From Camelus ferus (lineage: Eukaryota): 64,000 nucleotides of DNA. This document shows positions 39,020 through 51,140 of the stretch, piece by piece. Numbering within the stretch: the first letter of the stretch is position 1; every line of letters starts with the position of its first letter. The DNA is taken from NCBI RefSeq assembly GCF_009834535.1, contig NC_045697.1:69318001-69382000 (forward strand), in the 5' to 3' direction. The notes under the pieces were generated by a model. It was not told the DNA's origin. It searched no databases and was given only the letters and a program-made list of their open reading frames with translations. The position numbers and the translations under genes were made by a program.

Positions 39020-39380
39020 TGAGCAGAGCACATGTCAAGGATGTGAAGTAGGGAGGAATTCCAGAAAGAAAAGTAAGACCAGAGCTGGAGTGGGAGAGGA
39101 GGAAGAAAGGAAGGAGGGGATATGGCTGAAAGGTGGGCACTGGAGGAGGAAGAGGATAGGGAGGATTTTAGGCAAGACCAAAGGCAGTGGGAAGCCGGGG
39201 AGATCACTCAAAGCATGAGAGTCATGATCAGACCCAGGACAGGACCACTCTGGCCCAGGGTCAAGAGTAGACCACAGGGAGGAAAAAGACAGCAGGAGGC
39301 CCATGCAGTCAGGAGGATGAGGGCTCGGACTAGGGCAATGACTGCACAGGTGGACTAACAAGAGCAGATGTGAAAGAAAT
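39020..39380 (-). mobile_element. L2 remnant
   Basis: Purine-rich; agaccagagctggagtgg...gagtcatgatcagacc...aggaccactctggc...aggaggcc..tgcagt. Confidence 0.55.
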
Positions 39381-39841
39381 GGAGATGCAACGTCCAATGA
39401 CCCCACTGATGGGGAGGAAGCTTGCCAAGCTTCTGGCTCAGCCAGAAAAAAAGGGCCTGAACGTAAGACAGCAAAGCCAGTTCCTTACATTGCCCAGTTC
39501 CTAAACTGCCTAAGCTTGCCTTGCCATCTTGTTCACGCAGCCTCAAAAACCCCACGCAACATAATGTTAAAATGAAACACTGAAAGCTACCCTGCCAGTT
39601 TTCCCTCTCCCACAAATCAATGAATTTTTCAACAATCTAAACAAGACAGATTCACCTAAACAACTCAATATTCTCAGGGTCTGTCATGACCTCTTCAGTT
39701 ATGTCACCCAATAATCCAATTGAAAATGAAGTTAAGAGTTCTGAGGGATACAGGAAGTCTGCCTTCCATCTTCAGAGATGGTATTCAAATTGAAAATCCG
39801 TTCTAGAAGTGAAAATCTGTAAAAAACTATATCTAGTCCCA

Positions 39842-40045
39842 AACTAGCTACTATATATAAAATAGATAAACAACACGTTTGTACTGTGTAGCACAGGGAA
39901 CTATATTCAACATCTTGTAGTAACCTATAATGAAAAAGAATATGAAAAGGAATATATATATGTATGACTGAAACATTATGCTGTACACCAGAAACTGACA
40001 TATTGTAAACTGACTACTTCAATTTAAAAAATAAATTGAATTTTA
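39842..40045 (+). mobile_element. 5'-truncated L1 3' end
   Basis: ctactatatataaaatagataaacaac...tagcacagggaactatattcaa...tgtacaccagaaactgac; TSD atatctagtccc/atatctggtccc. Confidence 0.9.
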
Positions 40046-42564
40046 AAAATATCTGGTCCCCATTTATTGCATCACTTCAATGAACAGAACTAAAGAGGAT
40101 TGATGGTCACCCTTTGAGAGAATCTGATAAATAAATGGAAAGGAATCATTATGATTACAGTGGCTACAGCACCCTGTACCCCTACCCCTAAAGATTAGGC
40201 TTGCGTGAATATATCACAAGCAGAAAACAGAACAGTGTCCAGCCTCTCCTGCATGCCAAGAATCCCCACGCACATAAGTAAAAATGATCAATCACAGCAA
40301 AAATTACAACTGATATCATACCCTCTAGTTTGCAAAGCTCTATTTTCAGTGACCTTGAAAGCACAAGCAGGCGAATGTGCACTTGACTATCAAGATTTGT
40401 CACAAGGGCCCTACATGAGCCAACAAAGGAAAACTGTCTTGGACCAAAGTCTGGATTACAGTATATAAAGTTTCCCTACCTGAGAGTGCCATGATCCAGA
40501 TTTCAAATATTCAAGTATCATCAACTGACACACACATACATGACTTTTTTTTGCCTTATTAAGTGTACTCTTTAAAATAAAATAATTCATTAAATAGTTT
40601 AATTTGTATGCTATTATAAAATGTTTGTTACAAAAGTCCATAAATAGGGGGAAAAAATCTGTAGACATTTTGTCCCAAGTTGAATTTTTAAAAGTAGATA
40701 GCCACCCCTCTCTTATCTTACCAGACATACCCCCACCTCACTCAAAAAGGCCCTAGAACACAAAGGAGGGGTCTGTGGTTCTGGAAGGAGAGAGATTCTC
40801 CTGGATACGCAAAACTGCATCAGAGGTGAGTCTTTATGGTGAAGAGCTGAAGGGAGGTGGAGAGAATTAAGGGAATAAAAGGATTATAAACCCATCAGGA
40901 GGGGGTGGGAGAAGAGACAAAAGATAGCCAATCTTTGGAAAGCCCTCTAGGTTTGAGCTCAGACGGGTCACAGAAATCAGGACCACACACTGCTGAGGAC
41001 TCGCTCCACAGCCAGCCTCTCCAAGCTTTCTGGGAAGAGGTGAGAAAAGGCAGGAGTACAAGCAGAGAGAAAGCCAAGCAAAATAGGCATTTTCCATCCC
41101 CCTCAATCTCCACTGTCAGCCCGCCGCTCCCGCACCAGCACATCTTTCCATATCCAAGAAGGGGGAACAAGTTAGTTCACGTTGGGCTAATGGCTTACAG
41201 TTAACTAAGCACTCTCACATTTTCTGAGTCATTCACGCATTCAGAACAATTTCTGGAATGCCTTCTAGGACCCAGGCCCTGTCAAGACCTGGAATGAAAC
41301 CCCATTCAGGTCCTGGCCCACAAGGACCTCAAAGGCCAGTGGAAATGGGCCTTCTAATTGAATCCGCATCCAAGATGACCACTGTGGCAAGCGCCCCAGG
41401 GAGGCGCAATCCACCAACATAATTCCTACACAAGGCAGAGATTTACTGCCTGATGTCTTTATCTGTCCACCAATGGAAATGGTTCCAAGGGTGGACCGAG
41501 CTAGACAGAACCTGATCCATGTGATCTGACAGCTGCTAACACTTACAATAGCCAGCCTGTATTTTAACCATTTCAACCCACCTTTGACTTACCATTTAAA
41601 AAAGTGTGCTGTGAATCAAAGACCATGAGGTGAAAAACAGGGTGTTAAAAAGGGGAGGGGGGAGAGACAGGCTGGCACTCTGTTGCTAGAACATTCCACA
41701 GCCCCCTCTATAGAGGCCAACCAACCAGCCAGAAGCAAAATCTGTAAGCTCCTTCTTTTCAGTATTGTAGTATATTTTGGTGTATTTTTGATGCTTTTAA
41801 AAATATGTCTGTAAAAGAGCTATAAAGGAATATATGCTGAAGCTCAGAACAGCTAAATGGGGTAGAGCTAAATGGCGGGGTGGGGTTGCGGGGTAGAGGA
41901 AATTCAGCAAAGAGTTCCCAGAGGTTGTAATTCTGGAACCAGCAGCCAACCAGGCCCTGAGAGAAGTGCTTTGCACTCACGGCCTCTGTGCTTTACAACT
42001 TTGTATGGCAGATACCATACCTTCGGGAGAAGGTAGACAGAAATGGCAGACACAGCACTGAAAGCAGGGGTAAATGCAAAATTAAAGTCAGGAAAGATAA
42101 ATAAATTCACAATTTGGGGCTCGTTCCCAAACTCCCATTCCCACAGGGTGACGGGGAGAGAACCCAGTGACACCTCTTACACAGCCGACTGCATCACAGC
42201 AGAGGATCCTGAATTTAGAGATCCTGGATATTATATAACAGACATCACATATGCCTATTCCTGTGGCCGGGGAACAGAATGCGGATGAGAAGTGAGAACA
42301 GGCAAGGTCTCTACCGTGGAGTTCGGCTTTAATCCTGTCCCAGTTAAAAGCCATTTAAGTATTTAAAGCAGGCAGTATGGCACAATCAGATTTACCACTA
42401 GCAAATCCTCCCCGCAGAGAATAGAGTGTTGGGGAAGGAGTGGGGGTACAACAACACTGCAAGGGAAAAATGGCAATGCCTGAACCAAGGCAGGGTCAGG
42501 AGGTGGAGAGGAGGAGGTGAGAGCACACTGATTAAGACTGAACAGGTGTTATTGCTGACAGCAC

Positions 42565-42947
42565 TGTGCAAGGTCCGCGATTTTAACCTACCTGCAAGCT
42601 AACCACGGTTTCACAGCTGCTGGCAGGACCCGCACAATTCCTGGGTCGGAGACGAAGGATGGTTTATTACTCACAGCAAGACAGCAGCCACAGTATCAGC
42701 ATCTGCACCGGTTCCCTGAGCAACAGTTCCCCCTGGACAATGCAAAGACGGCTCACCCAGTGGACTTCATCACAAGAGAGGACCCTTGAACTCGGGGAGC
42801 CCAAGTATTTTTCTCATGTGCATCTAGCTTCCAAGACTTCTCACTCTACAAACAGCCTTGAAAAGACGGTCCAGAACAAAGGCAGTTAGTACCTCAGCTT
42901 GCAAGCAGCACAGAAACATGAGACTGATGGAGAACTGTTTCCCAACA
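42565..42947 (-). mobile_element. ERVL-type LTR (MER74/MER73/LTR53-like)
   Basis: Minus strand starts tgttgggaaacagttctcc...tctcatgtttctg, the usual start of this LTR group; minus-strand aataaa-like signal (tttattac). Confidence 0.65.
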
Positions 42948-42949
42948 TA

Positions 42950-43078
42950 TTCACTTTATGCATGAGGAAACTAAAGCTCAAAGAGCTTAAGATGAGTTGG
43001 GCTAAAACAGTTAGAAGGTAAGGGAAGTGAGATTCAAACCCAGACCTTATGACGCTAAGCCTTACTGCCCTCCACTAT
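42950..43078 (-). mobile_element. MIR remnant
   Basis: atgaggaaactaaagctcaaagagcttaag...gagattcaaacccagac. Confidence 0.7.
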
Positions 43079-45276
43079 TCAAAATCTTCTTACATAGAAC
43101 ACAAGGACTTCCGTAGAGCAAGAGGGGATAGGGGTGGGAAATAGGTCCTCCAGGCTTTCCTGGAGGTTACCAGCTCACTTGGGAAGGGAAGAGGGACATA
43201 CTAGGGGCTGGTGACTCTGCCTAGCTCTAAAGATAAAGGTTCTCCTTTAGTTATATGTTTTAAAACTCCAATGGTGGAACAGAAGCCTGTTGTAGAAGGC
43301 AACATAGGGGTATCTCTATGTGGTGGGGGAGAGGTCTACTCCCATGTCTTTCGTAATATCCACCCTGCAAAATTTAAAGTTTTGTGTTAGAATGCATTCA
43401 GAATGGTGAAGAAGGTTTATATATTAATACACAGTCTTTACTTCCTGAAATCACTTGCAGAGGTATGCAATAAAATAACTTTCCATATAAAAAATGACCT
43501 CTACCCATCTGTGCCTTTAAACTAGCTAACATGTCACATATGATTAAAAGAAAGTAAACTGTATTAAGAAACTAAAAAGAATGTGGTTGGCAGCCTCTTC
43601 ATTTTGATTACGTACTGGATTCAAGAATCAACTAGTAACGGCAGAAAATTACTACTAACCAAAGAGGGCCTTTCTTTTCAGCACGAGCGAGCAAGCTTAT
43701 TCATTTATTAACATACGTGAACAAATGGCTTGCTTGACCCCAAGGAGACACAGAGGTTCAGCACCTGCAGGCCTTTCAGTTTCCCTGTGCTCAGTGGGAG
43801 CCAGCACGACAGCAGACTCTGGCCTCAGGTTTCTTAGCTCAGGCCACTAAGCAGTCCTTGTCGGACTGGGGGACCCTCCCCCCTGTCAGGGCGCTCTCAG
43901 TTCCCCCTGAGAAGCCCCACCCTCACCATCACGTTCCTCTTCAAGGGGTGAAAGGCACAGGTGGTGCCTACTCACGCTGACAGAAAAGTCTGAACCATTC
44001 AATTTAAAAGGATCACCCACTTAACACACCACTTGTTTAAATCTTTGGATGACTGCCCAACGCCCACAAGATGCCACCCTACACAACTCCGGGGACCAAG
44101 CCGCACGCCTGTCCCAGGGAGCTGTGAGGTCCACAACCTGTGTCACTATGGGTGGCAGCACCCTCAGGGGTAGGGGGTCACTCCCACAGATGCTTCCCCA
44201 TCAAAGTCCACTTCCCGATCCTTGAATTTTTTTCTTTTAAACATAACCTGTGAATCCCCAGATTCTTGCAGTCATCACAGATCTCAATTGATGGCTGCAG
44301 GAAGTTAATAATTTTCACATATCATTAAATGAATGAAAAACAGTATTTATTTATTTCATGCTGAAAACAACAGGAGTGGGGTTTCTACATCTTATCTTGT
44401 GTATTTGAGCCTTGAGAGCCCTCTCTCCGTCTAGAATCTTAATGTCTGGCCTGATTACCATGTAGACATATTATTCCTCTGATGAGGAAAGAAGCAAGTA
44501 TCTATTGCAGATAACTGGTAAATACATTTTTACAGCTATATTTTTAAAAACACACTCACAAAACAATGTTCTGAACAAATGTTCTTACTTAGCTTTCATC
44601 AGCTGCACAACTGTCAATTATAAACGCTTCTCTAAATTGCCTATAGCAGCTTAGAGGTGATCTCAGTGTCATTCTCCAGTAGGCTGGTTAACTGATTGTT
44701 TGAAAACAATTCATTCCACAAGTATCAAAAAGCAAGCAAAGTCTCTTCCCTAGTCCAGTGCAGAAGAGCCAGGCGGCTTCTAAGACGAACTGTCCCTGCT
44801 CCTTCTTAGCTCTGGTCCACCGCTGCCTTGGCCTGGACTTGCCCATCTCTCTCCCTTCAGGGCCAGATGTCTGCCCATCTCTGCACCCAGCCCTGTCTGT
44901 GCCCTCCGGGGCTGCCGAGGCTCCCAATGTTCTGTGCTCTCCTCCACTGCCACCAATAATCATGGACCCTGTTGCTCGACACTCAAAATCAGCCCCTCAT
45001 GTGTCAGCTCTATGTCTTACCTCACTCAGGGCGCAACAGTGCCTGCTAAGACGCGTTGGTCTCTCTCGGTTCCCTGGTGTCACACTGGCCAGTGGCACTG
45101 TGATGAAGTGCCTGAGAAGCCCCCATCAGGTCGCGGAAATCTGAGCTCCGAGGAGCCACCCACCCTCGCCTTCCTAACTACACTCTTTGTAGGTGAGGCC
45201 CAGGTGATTATGCTCTAAACAGGACACATCTGAACACATTTAACTGGCTACGCACTCAACGGGTACACAGCACACC

Positions 45277-45683
45277 TGTGTCTGCTCCGAATTTGCTTTT
45301 ACCCTCCTTCCAAGGTAACGCATTCACCTCAGTACTGTTTCATGGAAGCTGGCCGAAGACTCGAGACTCCTGGCATTATCCGCAGCATGGGTGTTAGCCC
45401 TCCTCTAACCAAAGTCCACAGAGGTGGCTCTGAGGGGCCCCGGAGGGAGGTGCACGTGCTGCTTTACGTCGGGGTCACAGCTGTGCAGCCTGTGCCTCGG
45501 GAACCTGCTGCTTCATAGTAAGAAGCTAGATTGCTCTTTGTCCCAGGGAGAGATGTTACCTCACCCTTCAGGGTTGCTGCCACAAACACAACCCTAAGGG
45601 ACAGTCCAGGTGAATAGCATTTTTGGCACAGCCGGCAAGACGTGGAGAAGCACAAGAGACCCACAGAGAACTGTCTCCAAACA
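45277..45683 (-). mobile_element. ERVL-type LTR (same group as 42565-42947)
   Basis: Minus strand starts tgtttggagacagttctctgtgggtctcttgtgcttctc; shares tttcatggaagctggc...gagactcctgg with the 42.6-kb copy. Confidence 0.6.
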
Positions 45684-47059
45684 AACTGTGTACATTCCTC
45701 AGTTTAGACGGTGGCCCTGATGGGGTTCATGGTCTCAACAACCCCTCCACATGAGCCCCCTCCACGCTTCATGCCATGAGTTACAAAAGCAGCAGCACTA
45801 TGCCGCTCCCTGGAAAGGTACTTTGAAACACCCCATAATGTAGCTGTTCAGCGGCACGGTCTGGGATGCCCCCAAGCATCCCTCCGTCAATTCAGTGGCC
45901 TAACACCACCTCTGCTGCTTCTCCTCCACTTCTGGAGACTTACCTATATTTAGAAACGCACAAGTAATCAAAAAATAAACATATACACACATACCTATAC
46001 ACATCTATCCGTATAAAATCTACATGTATCTATAGTGGACAGGATAGAGGCTGGTCTCAATCTGGGCAAAACTTTAGTTCCAGGGATCTTCACCTGTACA
46101 GCTGAAGGAAGAGAAACCACTTTGCCATAGCTCAGAAAATGAAAAGCAACAAGTCCACCTGATAAACGCTCACACTCTGAAAGGCACTAACTTTGGGGAG
46201 GGACATTGCTTTCTTTTACTATAACATCACTGATTCAGACTTCTGTTTCATTCCCATACAGTGAAGAACAATTTAAAATGCCAGATTCCTTAAAATTCAA
46301 CAGCCCATAACACTAACAAAAACTTGTGAGACTCTAAATATAAATTCAATTAGAAAATTTGTAATTACAATCAATTATATAATAAACCACATTTCATAAA
46401 CACACCTCCTTGTGCATAACAAATTTTTGCAGAAGGGCCCAGATGGATGCTAATCTTGTTCCTAAGCTGAGAAAATTACTTTAGTTTCAACTAACTTAAT
46501 TCAATTAATAATTACTGGATACTTGTTAATTATTAGGCATATTTCTTTATGTTATTTTATTGGAACTATAATGTTCTGCATATACTACCATTAAAAAAAC
46601 AAACAGGTAGGTATGTGGCCTCAAAATGACCCTATAGGCAATACATGAGAAATGCTGGCATTTGTGATAAAGCCACAGAGGGCTGATCAGGTCGTGGCAG
46701 GAATGGACATGGAGAACAGCTGCAGCTGTGAGAGGAGAAAGCAGGGTCCAGGAGACTGGGGAACGGAGCAGCTGCCCCAGCGAGAAAACTAAACTCTCAG
46801 ATCCAGCTGTCAAAGGAAAGCATGGAGATACAAACTCCTCCAGTAGGTGAAGGACAAAAAGAAGCAAAGTTTGGCGTGAGTGAAAAGTGCTATTATACAG
46901 AGTGCAATTCCCTAGTAAGGAAAAGTTGACATTCCTGGATTCTGACATCACCTCTCCCAGGTAATAATGAATCAAAAGCCTGCACCTGTCCTGAGTAGGT
47001 ATCCCTTCCACACCCGACTCCAATATCAGCATTCACGGGGCACTCACCACCCCCAACCC

Positions 47060-47230
47060 CCTCGTCAAGCTTTGCGCATGCTTCATCTCACTGAATCATT
47101 ACAATTATCCTTATGGGTGGGCAATACCGTTACCACTTTCTGCCCAAAAGAAACAGTTCAGAGTGATGACATAACTCTTCACAGTCACACAGCTTGAAAG
47201 TACCAAAGCCAGTATTTGAACCCAATAAGT
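47060..47230 (-). mobile_element. MIR remnant
   Basis: tcatctcactgaatcattacaattatcctt...gtcacacagct...atttgaaccca. Confidence 0.6.
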
Positions 47231-47939
47231 CTCACTTTTAATGACTATCTTAAATACTGCAATATTCTCTGCCTAGCTTGGATGGGGGAGGGGGGCTGGG
47301 GAGGGAGGAGAGAAAAAGAATAAATGTACCTTTTAAAAAATATGTATCACCTCGTACTATTTGGAGCACATCAGTGCAAAACAAATAACAAAATCCATGG
47401 GTATCTGCGTTGAGTAATAAAAAAACAAAAACAAACAACAAAAAACCCCAAAAAAAACCCCAAATAGGTCACAAGCGAAATCATAGGTTAAGTTCATCAC
47501 ACGGAATCACCAAACACCTAATAGCTTAAATGAAACATGAACAATATTAGAAATGACAAAGAACTTCAAATAATACCTATGCCATCGAGCTTAATCTGTT
47601 CAATACAAAACCTTACGTGCAATTTAACTGGAGGCCTTTGCTTCTCTGGTAACTTAAAAGCCACATATGGAATCGATATGAAGCAGGAGTTTTTGAGTCT
47701 GCTCATTCCAAAGCTCAAGAGTAATGCGTAACAAATAATCTGAATACTCACTTAACATAAAGTCAGGCTGATGTTAATCAAAATGACTGAGCCAAAACTG
47801 TTTAGTAGAACCAAACGGAGTCAAAGCACTGGGTCTTGGAAACCTGGGCAATTCAGCAAGTACACAGCCTACAGACAGCAGAGACCAAATGCCGGCTTCA
47901 GCCTGGATCAACGTTTAAGCGGTAAACAGATAGATACCT

Positions 47940-48125
47940 TCTCCACCGCGCTCAGCACCACGTCAAATCCTCAAAGCCTCTAGTGGTCGGCTCCGCACGC
48001 CCGGCCCGCCCCGCACGCTCTTCCCGCTCCGCACGCTCCGCCCGAGCACCGAGCGCAGAACCTCCCGCCCACGGAGACGCTCCGCGCTAAGAGCACCGGC
48101 TGTCCCAACTTTACCAATTGGGGGT
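47940..48125. promoter_or_regulatory. Small intronic CpG-rich patch (candidate alternative promoter or enhancer)
   Basis: Dense CpGs, GC boxes, CCAATTGG at 48114-48121 and minus-strand TGACGTGG at 47958-47965, in otherwise CpG-poor, AT-rich flanks. Confidence 0.55.
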
Positions 48126-48875
48126 TTTGCAGAGAAGTTTCCATGGGGGAGGGGGGAGGATTTCACTATGAAGAGGGGAAAAAGGGGGAGAAAAGGTGGT
48201 AAAAACTAGAGGCCTAAAAGATTTTTAAGGTCGCAACATGGAAGTCGAGATTTTATCAAGACGGCAAAAGACCAATTAGAGGATAGTTCCAATACCTGAG
48301 CACTAAAAAGACAAAAGACTCTCCAAAGAACACTCAAATGTGTGCGCGGCCATTCCTGTTCCAAATAATTCCAACCTTCTGTGCTTTCATCAGCAGGTTA
48401 ACCTTCTCAAAGAGTGAGCAACAGATTTTGTTACCTCAAAAGCAAAAGCAAAAAAAAAAAAAAAACAAAAAAACAAAAAAAACCTGTGTTCTCAACTCTG
48501 GAATTAACTTCACAGGAAAAAAGGGGGTGGGGCGGGATTCAACAGAAAGGACGCTTAAAATTTTAAAACTGCATTTTAAAAGGTTCTTAGCAACAATTAA
48601 TGACTTGTTGGGGCCTCCAGCTAAGATACAGTAATTTTGTAGTTCAAAGAGTTTATTTTCTAGTTTTCATCTAAAAACCAAAAACAAACCAACCAACCAA
48701 AAACAAACAAGCAAACGGAAAACAAGAATGGCGTTTTTTCCTGTTTAGATACAATATTTAATTTAAATCCTACTTTTTTGTCAACTGGAAAGACATCCGG
48801 GGGAAAGCCTGAATGATCTGTATCGCTGGCTCAAATGCTCACCTCCACAACTGAAAGGCTATGTACTGATCATAT

Positions 48876-49030
48876 TTTTTTTTAATTTTTTAAATTTATT
48901 TATGTATTTATTTTGGTGGGGGGCTGTAATTAGGTTTATTTATTTATTTTTAGAGGCGGTACTGGGGATGGAACCCAGGACCTCGTGTATGGTGATCATG
49001 CTGTCTACCACTTGAGTTATACCCTCCTCC
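48876..49030 (-). mobile_element. Vic-1-like SINE
   Basis: gtaattaggtttatttattt...ggtactggggatggaacccaggacctc...ctaccacttgagttataccctcc; TSD ctgatcatat/ctgattatat. Confidence 0.9.
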
Positions 49031-50801
49031 CTGATTATATATACTTTAAAAATCCAAGGATATATATCAGTTTTAAATGGAATATATGTATTTTACAAAA
49101 TATAAAAGCTATTCCAATCCTCTTTTTAGTGACACCAATTCTTTCATTTCTAAAATATTGATTCTATATCTTTTAAAAAATGAATAAAACATTATTTTCA
49201 AAATTTACACAATTATTTCAGACCCTGACTAGACAGCAACTTTAAAACTCTTAAAGCAGACAGTAGGAATATTAGGTATTAAATCTTGCAGACCAGGGAA
49301 AAGAGTTAAAGTGCCACATATAATAATATCATCTAGCCACTCCATTCAACTTATTCTTTCAAAAACCAACAAAGCTAAAAAGAACTGGTACCAAAATACA
49401 CTACTTTAAGATTCCAGTGATGACGTTTAAAAAAAAAACAAACCTAAGTAGTATTTCTCACATGAGTTGTCATGTGGGCAGTTTCTGCACATCCTTGAAT
49501 TCACAGGGTACCAACAATGAAACAGGTATTCAGAAAGTTGCCAGCTACATTTTTCTGCCCAAGTAAAGGTCATGTTAAAAAACATTTAAAGCTAAGAGCC
49601 TAGGTTTTGGGGTTTTGTTTTTCAGTTACTTAAAGCTTTAACACCTTCTTTTAAAAGTGTAGGGTTTTTCAAATGCCCAACACAGATTTATTGATTTGGG
49701 GGGAGTTGTGTGAAATTGATGTTTATTTACAAGGTATTTGTTCTGTATGTTGAAACACTTATTCTAAATGTTATCCTGAGGGGGGTAGATACTGGTAAAG
49801 TCAGAAGAAATGCTTAAAAGCTAGTGATGGAAAAGCATACTTCCTTTGCGAAGTTTAAGTAACCGGGGTTTGCTAAATCCAAATCATTGTAACTACCACT
49901 GAAACTCTAAAGTGGGCTGTTTGTTTTGGGGTGTTTGCTGCTCTCAGCATTTGACTAAGTCTCTACTTTTAATGTAATTGAACCAAGAGAAATTACTGGG
50001 ATTGTGTTGAATTTCTTTTCCTTAAAAAAAAGGTATATTAAAGTTGCTGCATTGTTTTTACAATAGAAAAGTGTAAAGAAAGTACCCTATTCTAAAAAAT
50101 GCACCAAATAAATGGATTCATTCCAAATTGAACATAATAGTAACTTGAAGGAAGAAGAGACAGAGGAGAAGAAACCCACTGAGATAGAATTCCTAAGTAT
50201 TTAAGGTTGACTTTCTGTTCACCTGAAATCCAACTTCCCAAAGCAGTTTCCTTTTACACCTACAGTGTAACTACTCACTTGGCGCTAGGGTTAGCAACTT
50301 TTCAGAAATGGGGGTACCCCTCTTTCTTCCCAATAGGAAATAGAACCTGGAATAGGGAAAAATTTTAACACATCCTCCCAAACATTTTACCTCAAGAGAT
50401 TCATCCATCTGGCTAATAGATTTCAGCTTATAAATGCAGGTCTTCCTGCAAATTACTTAAAAGCAGTGTTCCCCAAAGTGAGACTCCCTGGTGACCTGGG
50501 GTGCCAGAGGAGACAATTTTAGAATACAGCATTAAGTCATCTTGAATAAGAAAGTCATATCCTTTTCAACTCTCTCTTAATCCTCTGGTCTAATCAAGAA
50601 GAAAGTCTCCATCTGATGCCAGGATGTTGAACACTTTGTACACTTGTTAACCTCCACTGTAACAAAGGAAATGAGCTCCTCCAACCCAGGGCTACCTAGA
50701 AGTTAACAAGCCATAAGATTGTTGCATGCATTTGAATAGTGATATTTTTTAAGTTTCATTTTTAAATAAACGTGTTGAAGGTTCAAAAACAGAATCGATT
50801 T

Positions 50802-50936
50802 GGGGGGAGGGTAGAGCTCAGTAGTAAAGCTCATGCTTAGCAGGCACAAAGTCCTGGGTTCAATCCCCAGTACCTCCAATAAATAAACAAACAAACAAAC
50901 CTGACTACCTTCCCCCAGTCCATCAAAAACAAAAAC
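50802..50936 (+). mobile_element. Vic-1-like SINE
   Basis: ggggagggtagagctcagtagtaaagc...gtcctgggttcaatccccagtacctcc; TSD aaaaacagaatcgattt/aaaaacggagtagattt. Confidence 0.9.
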
Positions 50937-50981
50937 AAAAACGGAGTAGATTTAAAAGAAAAGAGTAAGTTTGAAATGGTC

Positions 50982-51140
50982 TAGATCCTTGCAACTCAAA
51001 ATGAGTTCAGTGGACCAGTAGCACCAGCCTCACCTGGGAGCGTGTTAATATAACAGATCTTCAGCCCCTCTTACATCTACTGCATCAGAATCTGCATTTT
51101 AAATAAGATCCCCACGTGAGTTAAATTTGAGAAACTCTAG
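50982..51140. mobile_element. MER5A-like hAT-Charlie MITE
   Basis: ggaccagtagcaccagcctcacctgggagc...catcagaatctgcattttaaataagatcccc...tttgagaa. Confidence 0.8.

Noticed and set aside
46547..47032. 161-aa minus-strand ORF
   Set aside because: No recognisable homology; overlaps ordinary intronic sequence.
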